A stretch of DNA of 64,000 bases, taken from contig BTVT01000023.1 of the NCBI GenBank assembly GCA_045864135.1, forward strand, positions 1,964 to 65,963, read 5' to 3'. Made by a program: the position numbers and the translations under genes. Source of the DNA: Rubrivivax sp. (lineage in GTDB: Bacteria > Pseudomonadota > Gammaproteobacteria > Burkholderiales > Burkholderiaceae_C). Position 1 is the stretch's first letter; each line of letters opens with the position of its first letter. Below, piece by piece: positions 11,456 to 21,628 of this stretch. Below the pieces are notes generated by a model. It worked only from the letters and a program-made list of their open reading frames with translations, was not told the origin of the DNA and did no database searches.

Positions 11456-11621
11456 GGCACGAGCTTGCACCTACAATCGCCGCCGCACCCCGTGGCCCAG
11501 TCTGCCGGGGCGCAGCCGAATCCGGCTTCATTCGAAGACCCCTCGCGGCCCTGGACTGGAACGCCCCGACACGGGCGACCGCGCGCCGCGACCGATGGTC
11601 CGACACGGACCCTTTCCCCTC

Positions 11622-13076
<1,455 letters not shown>

Positions 13077-13118
13077 AGGCTCGCTGCGCGTCGACGCGCG
13101 CGCTGGCGGTCCAGCGGT

Positions 13119-13610
13119 CTAGTGGCCGCCGCGCAGCAGCACTTCGCCTTCGATCTCCACCGGGATGCCGAAGGGCAGCTCGGCCATGCCGACCGCGCTG
13201 CGCGCGTGCGCGCCGCGCTCGGGGCCGAAGACCTCGAGGATGAGATCGCTGAAGCCGTTGATGACGGCGGGCTGGCGCTGGAAGCCCGGCGCCGAGTTGA
13301 CCATGCCGAAGACGCGCAGCCAGCAGGCGATGCGGTCCAGGCTGCCCAGCGTGCGCGCCAGGCTGCCGAGCATGGCAAGGCCCGTGAGGCGCGCCGCCCG
13401 GTAGGCCTGCTCGGGGGTCACCGCCGCACCCACCTTGCCCAGCGGCTGGGCCAGCGAGCCGTCGACCTCGGTCGGGCCGTGGCCGGAGATGAAGGCGCGC
13501 TCGCCCGCGACGCGCACCCACGGAAAGGGCAGGCTGGCGCCGGGGGGAAGTTGCAGCGGCGCAGGCAAGCTCAGGCCGAGGGCCTGCAGGCGGGCTTCGA
13601 TGTTCGACAC
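13119..13610 (-). CDS. RidA-superfamily protein (Rid1/Atu1372-like)
   Basis: ISGHGP, GFSDLILEVFG...HARSAVG...PVEIE; GTG start after GGAGG. Confidence 0.88.
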   Translation of the reverse strand: MSNIEARLQALGLSLPAPLQLPPGASLPFPWVRVAGERAFISGHGPTEVDGSLAQPLGKVGAAVTPEQAYRAARLTGLAMLGSLARTLGSLDRIACWLRVFGMVNSAPGFQRQPAVINGFSDLILEVFGPERGAHARSAVGMAELPFGIPVEIEGEVLLRGGH

Positions 13611-13662
13611 GGGAACCTCCATCGCGGGACGGCGATGGCGCATGGTAGGGGCATGGCAGACA

Positions 13663-13698
13663 CTGGCCGTGGCGCTGGCCGTGGCGCTGGCCGTGGCG
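13663..13698 (+). repeat. Perfect 12-nt tandem repeat CTGGCCGTGGCG x3
   Basis: Three exact copies in the divergent rid/plsY promoter region, upstream of TACACT. Confidence 0.85.
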
Positions 13699-13762
13699 GC
13701 GCCCCGTCTACACTGCGCCGCCGCCTCGCCTCGCCGTGCCCTCGTCCGCATCCGCGCTCGCC

Positions 13763-14524
13763 ATGGTCTACCTGAACAGTCTCGTCGCCGTTGCCATCGC
13801 CTACCTGATCGGCTCGCTGTCCTTTGCCGTCATCGTCAGCCGGGTCATGGGCCTGTCCGACCCGCGCAGCTACGGCTCGAAGAACCCGGGCGCGACCAAC
13901 GTGCTGCGTTCGGGCAACAGGATCGCGGCGGTGCTCACCCTCGCCCTCGATGCGCTCAAGGGCTTCGTGCCGGTGCTGGCAGCCGGCCTGCTGGCGCCGC
14001 GCCTGGGCTTTGGCGAAGCGACCGTGGCCTGGGTCGGCCTCGCGGCCTTTCTCGGCCACCTGTTTCCGGTCTTCTTCCGCTTTCGCGGCGGCAAGGGCGT
14101 GGCCACCGCGGCCGGCGTGCTGCTCGGCCTGAACCCGCCGCTCGGCCTGGCCACGCTGGCCACCTGGCTGATCATCGCCGCCTTCTTTCGCTACTCGTCG
14201 CTGGCAGCGATCGTCGCCGCGGTGTTCGCGCCCTTCTACCAGATGCTCATCTGGGGCGGCGGCGTCGCGCTGCTGCCGCTCATCGCCATGAGCCTGCTGC
14301 TGCTCTGGCGCCACGGCGGCAACATGCGCAAGCTCATCCAGGGCCGCGAATCGAAGATCGGGCAGAAGCCCGCGCACGGCGCCGGACACAGCGCCGGACA
14401 CGGCACCGGACGCACCACCGCCCCCAAGGCCGCAGCGAGCGCATCGGCCGCGCCGCATCCGGCCGCTGCAGGCGCACCGCCCGGCCACCGCAGGAACAAA
14501 CGCAAAGGACGCAGACGACCATGA
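13763..14524 (+). CDS. plsY: Glycerol-3-phosphate acyltransferase PlsY with C-terminal extension
   Basis: GSKNPGATNVLR, DALKG, GHLFPVF..F.GGKGVAT, RHxxN motifs. Confidence 0.95.
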   Translation: MVYLNSLVAVAIAYLIGSLSFAVIVSRVMGLSDPRSYGSKNPGATNVLRSGNRIAAVLTLALDALKGFVPVLAAGLLAPRLGFGEATVAWVGLAAFLGHLFPVFFRFRGGKGVATAAGVLLGLNPPLGLATLATWLIIAAFFRYSSLAAIVAAVFAPFYQMLIWGGGVALLPLIAMSLLLLWRHGGNMRKLIQGRESKIGQKPAHGAGHSAGHGTGRTTAPKAAASASAAPHPAAAGAPPGHRRNKRKGRRRP

Positions 14525-14865
14525 TCGAACGCTTCGACGTCGGCCCCCGCATGTCGGAGATGGCCGTGCACCAGGGCGTCTGCTGGCTCGCCGGCCAGGT
14601 CGCCGAAGACGACAGCCAGGACATCCGCGGCCAGACGCGGCAGGTGCTGGCCGCCATCGACGCGCTGCTTGCGCGCGCCGGCAGCGACAAGACGAAGATT
14701 CTGCGCTGCCAGATCTTCCTCGCCGAGCTCGCCGACTTCGCCGCCATGAACGAGGTCTGGGAGGCCTGGGTCGCCCCCGGCCACACCCCCCCGCGCGCCA
14801 CCGTCCAGGTGGCCCTGGCAAGGCCGCAGTGGAAAGTCGAGATGGTCGTCACCGCGGCGCAGTAG
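14521..14865 (+). CDS. RidA-superfamily protein (YoaB/Rid2-like)
   Basis: RMSEMAVH, LAGQVA, MNEVWEAW, PPRATV, VEMVVTAA; ATGA overlap with plsY. Confidence 0.9.
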   Translation: MIERFDVGPRMSEMAVHQGVCWLAGQVAEDDSQDIRGQTRQVLAAIDALLARAGSDKTKILRCQIFLAELADFAAMNEVWEAWVAPGHTPPRATVQVALARPQWKVEMVVTAAQ

Positions 14866-14942
14866 CGTGCGGTAGCGGCACTGGCGGCAAGGCAAGGCAG
14901 CGGCGCTGTCCCATCGGCGCTGGCTGTGGCCTGCGCCGCGAC

Positions 14943-15566
14943 CTACAAGCCCAGCCGCGCCAGATCGCCGCGGCCCTGGCGCATCAGCACCGGTTCGTCG
15001 CCGGTGAGGTCGATCACGGTCGTCGGGGCCATCGGGCAGGCGCCCGCGTCGACCACCGCCTGCACCAGCTTCTCGTAGTGCTCGCGGATCTCCGCGGCGT
15101 CGTTCAGCGGCTCGCTCTGGCCGGGCGGGATCAGCGTCGTGCCCAGCAGCGGGGCGCCGAACTCCTCCAGCAGCGCCTGCAGCGCCTTGTGCGCCGGCAC
15201 GCGCAGGCCGATGGTGCGCCGCGAGGGGTGGCTCAGACGCCGCGGCACTTCCTTAGTCGCCTCGAGGATGAAGGTGTAGGGCCCGGGCGTGCCCAGCTTG
15301 AGGATGCGGTACTGGCGGTTGTCGACGCGGGCGTGGCTCGCCAGTTCCGAGAGATCGCGGCACAGCAGCGTGAGGTGGTGCTTGTCGTCGACGCCGCGCG
15401 CACGGCGCAGCTGCTCGGCCGCGGCCTTGTCGTCGAGCCGGCAGACGAGCGCGTAGCTCGAGTCGGTGGGCACCGCGGCCAGGCCGCCCGCCTGCAGGAT
15501 CTGCGCGGCCTGGCGCAGCAGCCGCGGCTGCGGATTGAGCGGGTGGACTTCGAAGTACTGGGCCAT
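14943..15566 (-). CDS. Sua5/YciO/YrdC-family protein (YciO-like TsaC paralog)
   Basis: MAQYFEVHPLNPQ, PTDSSYAL, TPGPYTFIL, RRTIGLRVP. Confidence 0.9.
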   Translation of the reverse strand: MAQYFEVHPLNPQPRLLRQAAQILQAGGLAAVPTDSSYALVCRLDDKAAAEQLRRARGVDDKHHLTLLCRDLSELASHARVDNRQYRILKLGTPGPYTFILEATKEVPRRLSHPSRRTIGLRVPAHKALQALLEEFGAPLLGTTLIPPGQSEPLNDAAEIREHYEKLVQAVVDAGACPMAPTTVIDLTGDEPVLMRQGRGDLARLGL

Positions 15567-15636
15567 CGCAGGCGTCGGGCCCTCGCCGGGCGTGCTCGAT
15601 TCGTGGGTTCGGTTCGCGGCTTCGCTGCGCGCTCGC

Positions 15637-17877
15637 TCAGCGCGTGAGCTTGATGCCGCCGCGCATCTTCTCGCCCGCGGGCAGCACGGCCGCGGCGTCG
15701 ACGCCCGGCGTTGCCGCGGCACCCGGTGCCGCGGCCAGTCCGGCGAGATCGAGGAAGAAAGCATACTGCCGCGCCCATTGCCGCGGGCGCTCGGCAAGGC
15801 CGGCCTCGCCGTCGTGGCCGGCATTCATCTCGACGTGCAGCAGCACCGGGTTGCGGTCGGTCTTGCGTGCGCGCAGCCGCGCGACGTAGCGCGCCGGGCC
15901 GTCGAAGGGCACGCGGGTGTCCCACAGCGCGGTCGTCACGAGCATGGCCGGGTAGTCGCGCGCGGCGATGTTGTCGTAGGGCGACCAGGCCGCCAGCGCG
16001 TCGTGCCCGGCGCGCTCGCGCGGATCGCCCCACTGGCTCCACTCGGGCGCGGTGAGCGCGAGCGTCGGGTCGAGCATCGCCCCCAGCACGTCGACGAAGG
16101 GCATGTCCAGCACCATGCCGCGATAGCGCGCGCCCGCCCGGTTGGCCACCGCCGCCACGAGCAGGCCGCCGGCCGAGGCACCCTGGGCGAACACCTTGCC
16201 CGCGGCGGCCCAGCGTTCGGCGACGAGGTAGTCGGTCACGTCGACGAAATCGTCGAAGCTGCGCGGCTTGGCCGCGCCGCGCGCCGCGTCAAACCAGGCG
16301 CGGCCGAGTTCGCCGCCGCCGCGCACATGCGCCAGCGCGATCACGAAGCCGCGCTCGAGCAGCGACAGGCGCTGCACGCCGAAGAGCGGCTCGAGGCTCT
16401 CGCCGTAGGCGCCGTAGCCCTCGACGAGCAGGGGCGCGCTGCCGTCACGGCGCGCGCGCCCCTCACGCCAGGCGACCGTCACCGGAATGCGCGCGCCATC
16501 GCGCGCCGGGGCCCACAGCAGCTCGCTGCGGTAGGCGGAAAGCTCATGGCCCTTGACCGGCTCCTGGCGGCGCGAGAGCTCGCGCCCGCTGGCGAGGCTC
16601 AGCTCCAGCGTCAGCGGCGGCCGCACCAGCGACTGCTGAACGACCTGCACGCGCGCCGCGCGCGCGTCGCGGCTGTCGCCCAGCGCCACCGTGCCGCCGG
16701 TCGCGGCGTCGACGACGCGGCGCTCCTGCCCCTGGGCGTCGAGCACGCGCACGCGGCGCCGTGCCTGCACCCGCTCCTCGACGACGATCGCCGCGTCGAA
16801 GGCCTGCATGCCCTCGAGCACGACGCCAGCGCGCGCGGGCAGCAGCGTGCGCCAGCGCGCCGGCTGCGCCAGGTCCTCTGCCGCCAGCAGCGCGAAGTCG
16901 GGCGCCTCGGCGTTGCTGCGCAGCAGCCAGCGGTCGCCGACATGCTCGGCCTGCACGCGCACGCCCGGGCGCCTGGGCAGCAGCACGCGCGCGGCCTCGG
17001 TCGGCGCGTCGGCCGGCACGCCGCGCAGCTCGGTGGTGTCGGCGCCGAAGACGTCGATCAGCACCCAGCGCCGCGAGGCGCTCGCGCGCACGCCGACGAA
17101 GAGGCCGGCGTCGGCCTCCTCGTGCACGAGCACGTCGCTGGCGACTTCGCTGCCGACCTGGTGGCGCCAGACCGCGCCGCGGTGCAGCGTCACCGGGTTC
17201 TGGCGCACGTAGAAGAGCGTGCCCTTGTCGGCGGCCCAGGCAAAGCCCTCCTGCACGCCGCGCAGGCGCTCGGGCTGCAGGCGCCGCGTCTGCAGGTCCT
17301 GGATGTAGAGGTCGAAGCTGCCGCGCCCCTGCACGTCCTCGGTCCAGGCGAGCCAGCGCCCGTCCGGGCTCGCCTGCACCTGACCGAGGCTGTAGCTGCG
17401 CTGCGCGATCGCGTGCTGCGGCAGGTCCAGCAGCACCTCGGCGCGCGCCGCCGGGTCGGGCGCCTCGGGCGTGCCGCGGCGGCGCATCACGCGCGGATGG
17501 TCGACGCCCGGCGCGTACTGGCGCCAGATCCACCAGCCGTTGTCGTAGACGGGGACCCCGGTCTCCGCGGGCGCGATGCGCGAGAGGATCTCCTGCTGGA
17601 GTTTCTCGCGCAGGCCGCGCAGGGGCGCGAGCACCGCCTCGGTGTAGCGGTTCTCGGCCTCGAGCTGGCGCAGCACCTCGGGCCGCTTGGCGCGGGGGTC
17701 GTCGTCGCGCAGCCACTGGTACTCGTCGCGCCGCTCGCCGAAGGGGCCGGACGCCGCCTGCGCGCGGGACTCGACCTGCGGCGGTGCCGGCAGCGCCTGC
17801 GCTGCCAGCCCCTGCGCCTGCGCCTGCGCCAGCGTCCAGCACAGGACGAGCGGCAGCAGGCAAGGCCAGGGGGACAT
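15637..17877 (-). CDS. S9A oligopeptidase B-like serine peptidase, probably secreted
   Basis: RRDEYQWLRDD N-terminus, GASAGG nucleophile, DTRV, AGH; N-terminal signal; start may be 17889. Confidence 0.88.
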   Translation of the reverse strand: MSPWPCLLPLVLCWTLAQAQAQGLAAQALPAPPQVESRAQAASGPFGERRDEYQWLRDDDPRAKRPEVLRQLEAENRYTEAVLAPLRGLREKLQQEILSRIAPAETGVPVYDNGWWIWRQYAPGVDHPRVMRRRGTPEAPDPAARAEVLLDLPQHAIAQRSYSLGQVQASPDGRWLAWTEDVQGRGSFDLYIQDLQTRRLQPERLRGVQEGFAWAADKGTLFYVRQNPVTLHRGAVWRHQVGSEVASDVLVHEEADAGLFVGVRASASRRWVLIDVFGADTTELRGVPADAPTEAARVLLPRRPGVRVQAEHVGDRWLLRSNAEAPDFALLAAEDLAQPARWRTLLPARAGVVLEGMQAFDAAIVVEERVQARRRVRVLDAQGQERRVVDAATGGTVALGDSRDARAARVQVVQQSLVRPPLTLELSLASGRELSRRQEPVKGHELSAYRSELLWAPARDGARIPVTVAWREGRARRDGSAPLLVEGYGAYGESLEPLFGVQRLSLLERGFVIALAHVRGGGELGRAWFDAARGAAKPRSFDDFVDVTDYLVAERWAAAGKVFAQGASAGGLLVAAVANRAGARYRGMVLDMPFVDVLGAMLDPTLALTAPEWSQWGDPRERAGHDALAAWSPYDNIAARDYPAMLVTTALWDTRVPFDGPARYVARLRARKTDRNPVLLHVEMNAGHDGEAGLAERPRQWARQYAFFLDLAGLAAAPGAAATPGVDAAAVLPAGEKMRGGIKLTR

Positions 17878-17913
17878 GGCGGCCATCATAGGCGGCAGCG
17901 CCGCGCGCAGCAC

Positions 17914-20403
17914 TCAGCGCGCGGCCGCGGACGCGGCATCTGCACGCGACGCGTCGGCGCGCTCCGGCGCGCCCGCCGCGCCGTCGGACGCCGCCGCGCG
18001 GTGGTGCCAGTAGCGCGCATCGAGCTCGCGCTGGCAGTGCATGCTGCCATCGGCGCGCCAGCTCCAGGCGCCGCAGCGGTCGCTGCGCAGCAGCGCGATG
18101 CCATGCGTGGCGTAGCGCGCGACGACGTCCGGCGCCGGATGGCCGAAGCGGCTGCGGTAGGCCGCTTGCACCAGCGCCACGCGCGGCGCCACCGCCGCGA
18201 GGAAGTTGCCGCTGGACGAGGTGCGGCTGCCGTGGTGCGGCACCAGCAGCACGTCCGCGCGCAGCTTCGTGCCCAGGCGATCGACCAGCGCCAGCTCCTG
18301 CGCGCGCTCGATGTCGCCGGTGAGCAGCGCCGAGCCCTGCGCAGCCTGGACGCGCAGCACGCAGCTCTGCGCGTTGGATCGGCTCGGCTTGCGCGGCGCG
18401 CGCCCGTCTTCGTCGTCCGGGTGCAGCATCTCGAAGTCGACGCCGTCCCATTGCCAGCGCTGGCCGGCGTGGCAGCGCTGCTGCGGCAGCGGCCACGCGC
18501 GCAGCGGGTGATCGTCCGGCAGCGAGCTGCCGAGCTGGCGCACCGGCATGCGCCGCAGCAGCGAGGCCGCGCCGCCGACGTGGTCGGCATCGCGATGGCT
18601 GAGCAGCAGCAGGTCCACCGCACGCTCGCCGCGCGCGCGCAGCAGCGGCAGCAGCACGCGCTCGCCGGCATCGGCGTCGACGCCGTACTGCGGGCCGGTG
18701 TCGTAGACCAGCAGGTGCTGCTGCGTGCGCACCAGCACCGCCGTGCCCTGGCCGACGTCGAGCGCCAGCAGCTCGAAGCGCCCGGGCGGCGGCCGCTCGG
18801 GCAGCGGCGCCAGCAGCGGCAGCAGCAGCGGCAGCCCGAGCAGGCGCAGCCGCCACGGCAGCGGCAGCACCAGCACGAGGCCGCCGAGCAGGCCCAGCAG
18901 CGCGGCCCAGGGCGGCGCCACGGGCACCGTCCACTGCGCCCAGGGCAGGCTGGCCAGCCAGCCAAGCCAGCGCAGCAGGGCCGTCGCCAGCAGCGCGTCC
19001 AGCGACCACAGCGGCGGCAGCAGCACGCCCAGCAGCGACAGCGGCATCAGCAGCAGCGTGACCCAGGGGATCGCCACCAGGTTGGCGACGAAACCCACCA
19101 GCGACAACTGCTGGAAGAAGAGCAGCGACAAGGGCGCCAGGCCCACCGTGGCCACCGCCTGCGTGTGCAGCGCCCGGCGCAGCGCCTGCCCCGCGCGACG
19201 GCCCACGCCGCGGCCCTCGGCCGCCGCGGGCGGCAGCGAGGGCACCGGGTCGGACACCATCAGCAGCGCGACCGCGACGAAGGACAGCCAGAAGCCCGGC
19301 TGCAGCAGCGCCCAGGGGTCGGCCAGCGCCACCGCGACCGCCGCCGCCAGCAGCACGAGCGGCCCCGGCCAGTGCCGCCCGGCGCTGCGCAGCAGCACCA
19401 CGATGGCCAGCATCAACACCGTGCGCTGCGCCGGCACGCCCCAGCCCGCCAGCAGCGCGTAGCCGGCGGCCAGCGCAAGCCCGCCCCAGCGCGCCGCGAT
19501 CGGCGCCGGCAACCGCAGCGGCAGCGACCCGGCGCGGCGCCAGCCCCAGCCGACCAGGGCCGAAGCCAGCCAGGCGAACAGGGTCACGTGCAGCCCGCTG
19601 ATGGAGACCAGGTGCGCGACGCCGGTGACGCGGAAGACCTCCCAGCCGGCGCGGTCGATCGCGCCCTGGTCGCCGATCGCCAGCGCCGCCAGCAGCCCGG
19701 CGGCCTCGGCATCGGGCACCGTGGCCTCGAGGCGGTCGCGGATGGCCTGCCGCGCGCGCTGGACCGGGAAGCCCGCCGCATCGTCCAGCCGCCGCGCCTC
19801 GTTGCGCGCGCGCGTGCGCACGCTGCCGCTGGCGCGCAAGCCCTGCTCGAAGAGCCAGAGCTCGGCGTCGAAGCCATGCGGATTGATCTGCCCGTGCGGC
19901 TGCCGCAGCCGCACCGTGAAGCGCCAGCGCTGCCCCGCGCGCAGCGCCTCGGGCCCGGGCGCAGCACCGGCGCCGGCCGCGTCCTCGTCGCCGTACCACC
20001 AGCCCAGCGACAGGCGCCGCGGAACCGTCACCGCCTGCCCGAGCCGCTCTGCCGACTCCACCTCGAAGACGAAGCGCGTGCCCGCGGCACTGCGTTGCGG
20101 CAGCGAGGCCACGACGCCGACCACCTGCAGGTCCTGCCCCTCGAGCGCCGCCGGCAAGGCCTCGGCCAGCCGCTGCGCAGCGCGCCAGTCGGTGCTGCCG
20201 AAGGCGATCGCGGCCAGTGCCAGCGCCCCGAGCGCCGTCACCCACGCCCGCCGCAGCCCGCGCCGCAGCACCAGGGCCGCAAGCAGCAGCCCCCCGGCGC
20301 CGACCAGCCCCGCCTGCAACCCACCCGGCTGCAGGGTCGCCTGCTGCAGTTGCAGGCCCACCCCCAGCAGCCAGGCCAGCGTCCACGCCAGCACGCGTTC
20401 CAA
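17914..20403 (-). CDS. comEC: DNA internalisation competence protein ComEC/Rec2
   Basis: HLVSISGLH competence domain; DVGQG, SHRDADHVGG, VPHHGS MBL domain; TTG start 7 nt after GGAGG. Confidence 0.92.
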   Translation of the reverse strand: MERVLAWTLAWLLGVGLQLQQATLQPGGLQAGLVGAGGLLLAALVLRRGLRRAWVTALGALALAAIAFGSTDWRAAQRLAEALPAALEGQDLQVVGVVASLPQRSAAGTRFVFEVESAERLGQAVTVPRRLSLGWWYGDEDAAGAGAAPGPEALRAGQRWRFTVRLRQPHGQINPHGFDAELWLFEQGLRASGSVRTRARNEARRLDDAAGFPVQRARQAIRDRLEATVPDAEAAGLLAALAIGDQGAIDRAGWEVFRVTGVAHLVSISGLHVTLFAWLASALVGWGWRRAGSLPLRLPAPIAARWGGLALAAGYALLAGWGVPAQRTVLMLAIVVLLRSAGRHWPGPLVLLAAAVAVALADPWALLQPGFWLSFVAVALLMVSDPVPSLPPAAAEGRGVGRRAGQALRRALHTQAVATVGLAPLSLLFFQQLSLVGFVANLVAIPWVTLLLMPLSLLGVLLPPLWSLDALLATALLRWLGWLASLPWAQWTVPVAPPWAALLGLLGGLVLVLPLPWRLRLLGLPLLLPLLAPLPERPPPGRFELLALDVGQGTAVLVRTQQHLLVYDTGPQYGVDADAGERVLLPLLRARGERAVDLLLLSHRDADHVGGAASLLRRMPVRQLGSSLPDDHPLRAWPLPQQRCHAGQRWQWDGVDFEMLHPDDEDGRAPRKPSRSNAQSCVLRVQAAQGSALLTGDIERAQELALVDRLGTKLRADVLLVPHHGSRTSSSGNFLAAVAPRVALVQAAYRSRFGHPAPDVVARYATHGIALLRSDRCGAWSWRADGSMHCQRELDARYWHHRAAASDGAAGAPERADASRADAASAAAR

Positions 20404-20420
20404 GGCGTTGCCTCCCCTGT

Positions 20421-20468
20421 CTTGCGGTCCCTCTTGCGGTCCCTCTTGCGGACGCTCTTGCGGCCCGC
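20421..20468 (+). repeat. 12-nt tandem repeat CTTGCGGTCCCT (about 4 units)
   Basis: Two exact and two degenerate copies immediately upstream of the comEC RBS. Confidence 0.8.
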
Positions 20469-20603
20469 CGCTGCCTGCCTTGGCCGGACAGTGTAGAGGG
20501 CCGATCCGCTGCCTCGCGCGGCCGCGCCAGACCCCGGGCGTTACCATGCGGCCCCGGCCTTTTCGCCGCCCCGCCTTGCGCGCTTCCCCGAGGAACCCCA
20601 CCC

Positions 20604-21065
20604 ATGTCCATCCCGGCCCGCCTGCAGGAGCTCGGCATCACGCTGCCGCCCCTGGCCACGCCCGCTGCCGCTTACGTGCCCTTCGTGCGCACGGGCAATC
20701 TCGTCTTCATCTCCGGCCACATCGCGCGCCGGGACGGCAAGCCCTGGGTCGGGCAGCTCGGCCTCACCATGACGACGGCCGAGGGCCAGCAGGCCGCGCG
20801 CGCCATCGCCATCGAGCTGATGGGGACGCTGGCCGCCGCGGTCGGCGGCGACCTCTCGCGCGTCACGCGCATCGTCAAGGTGATGAGTCTGGTCAACAGC
20901 GTGGCGACCTTCACCGAGCAGCACCTCGTGACCAACGGCTGCTCGGAGCTGCTCGTGCAGGTCTTCGGCCCGGAGGTCGGCGCGCATGCGCGCAGCGCCT
21001 TCGGCGTGGCGCAGATCCCCACCGGCGCCTGCGTCGAGATCGAACTCATCGCCGAAGTGCAGTGA
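20604..21065 (+). CDS. RidA-superfamily protein (Rid1/Atu1372-like), second paralog
   Basis: AAAYVPFVRTGNLVFISGH, NGCSELLVQVFG, HARSAFGV, VEIE. Confidence 0.9.
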   Translation: MSIPARLQELGITLPPLATPAAAYVPFVRTGNLVFISGHIARRDGKPWVGQLGLTMTTAEGQQAARAIAIELMGTLAAAVGGDLSRVTRIVKVMSLVNSVATFTEQHLVTNGCSELLVQVFGPEVGAHARSAFGVAQIPTGACVEIELIAEVQ

Positions 21066-21565
21066 CGCACACCTCCCGTCGGCGCCTTGGGCTTGCGGCG
21101 ATCGCCGTGCTGAGCGTGGCTGCGGTGGGCGCCGCGCTCTTCACGCAGTACGCGTGGGATCTGCAGCCCTGCCCCTGGTGCGTGCTGCAGCGCGCGATCT
21201 TCTGCGCGCTGGCGCTCGTCGCGCTGCTGGGCGCGCTGCTGCCGGCGCTGCTGCAGCCGCTCTTCCTGCTGCTGTCGCTCGTCGGCGCGGGGCTGGGCTT
21301 GGCGGCTGCCACCTGGCAGCACTTCGTCGCGGCGGAGCAGGCCTCCTGCGCCATGACGCTGGCCGACCGCCTCATCGGCGACCTGGGCCTGGACGCGCGC
21401 TGGCCCGAGGTGTTCATGGCCACCGCCGCCTGCGCCGACAAGCCGCAGCTCATCGGCCTGCCCTACGAGTACTGGAGCGGTGCGCTGTTCGCGCTGCTGC
21501 TGCTGGCGGCGCTGTGGCTGCTGCTGCGCGGCAAGCCCCGGGAGCGCAACCGCTTTCGCCGCTGA
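21062..21565 (+). CDS. dsbB: Disulfide bond formation protein B
   Basis: PCPWCVLQR motif, second Cys pair (SCAM...AC), TM helices; GTGA overlap. Confidence 0.88.
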   Translation: MTHTSRRRLGLAAIAVLSVAAVGAALFTQYAWDLQPCPWCVLQRAIFCALALVALLGALLPALLQPLFLLLSLVGAGLGLAAATWQHFVAAEQASCAMTLADRLIGDLGLDARWPEVFMATAACADKPQLIGLPYEYWSGALFALLLLAALWLLLRGKPRERNRFRR

Positions 21566-21628
21566 TGATCACCGCCACACACGTGCGAAGGCAGGCACCC
21601 ATGACCGACGAGCACAGGAGGCTCGCGC

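Noticed and set aside
15466-20659. Very long alternative-frame ORFs (1676 aa on +, 1371 aa on -) and similar shadow ORFs throughout the window
   Set aside because: They overlap well-supported genes, are Arg/Ala/Gly-rich with no motifs, and are expected from stop-codon scarcity at this GC content.
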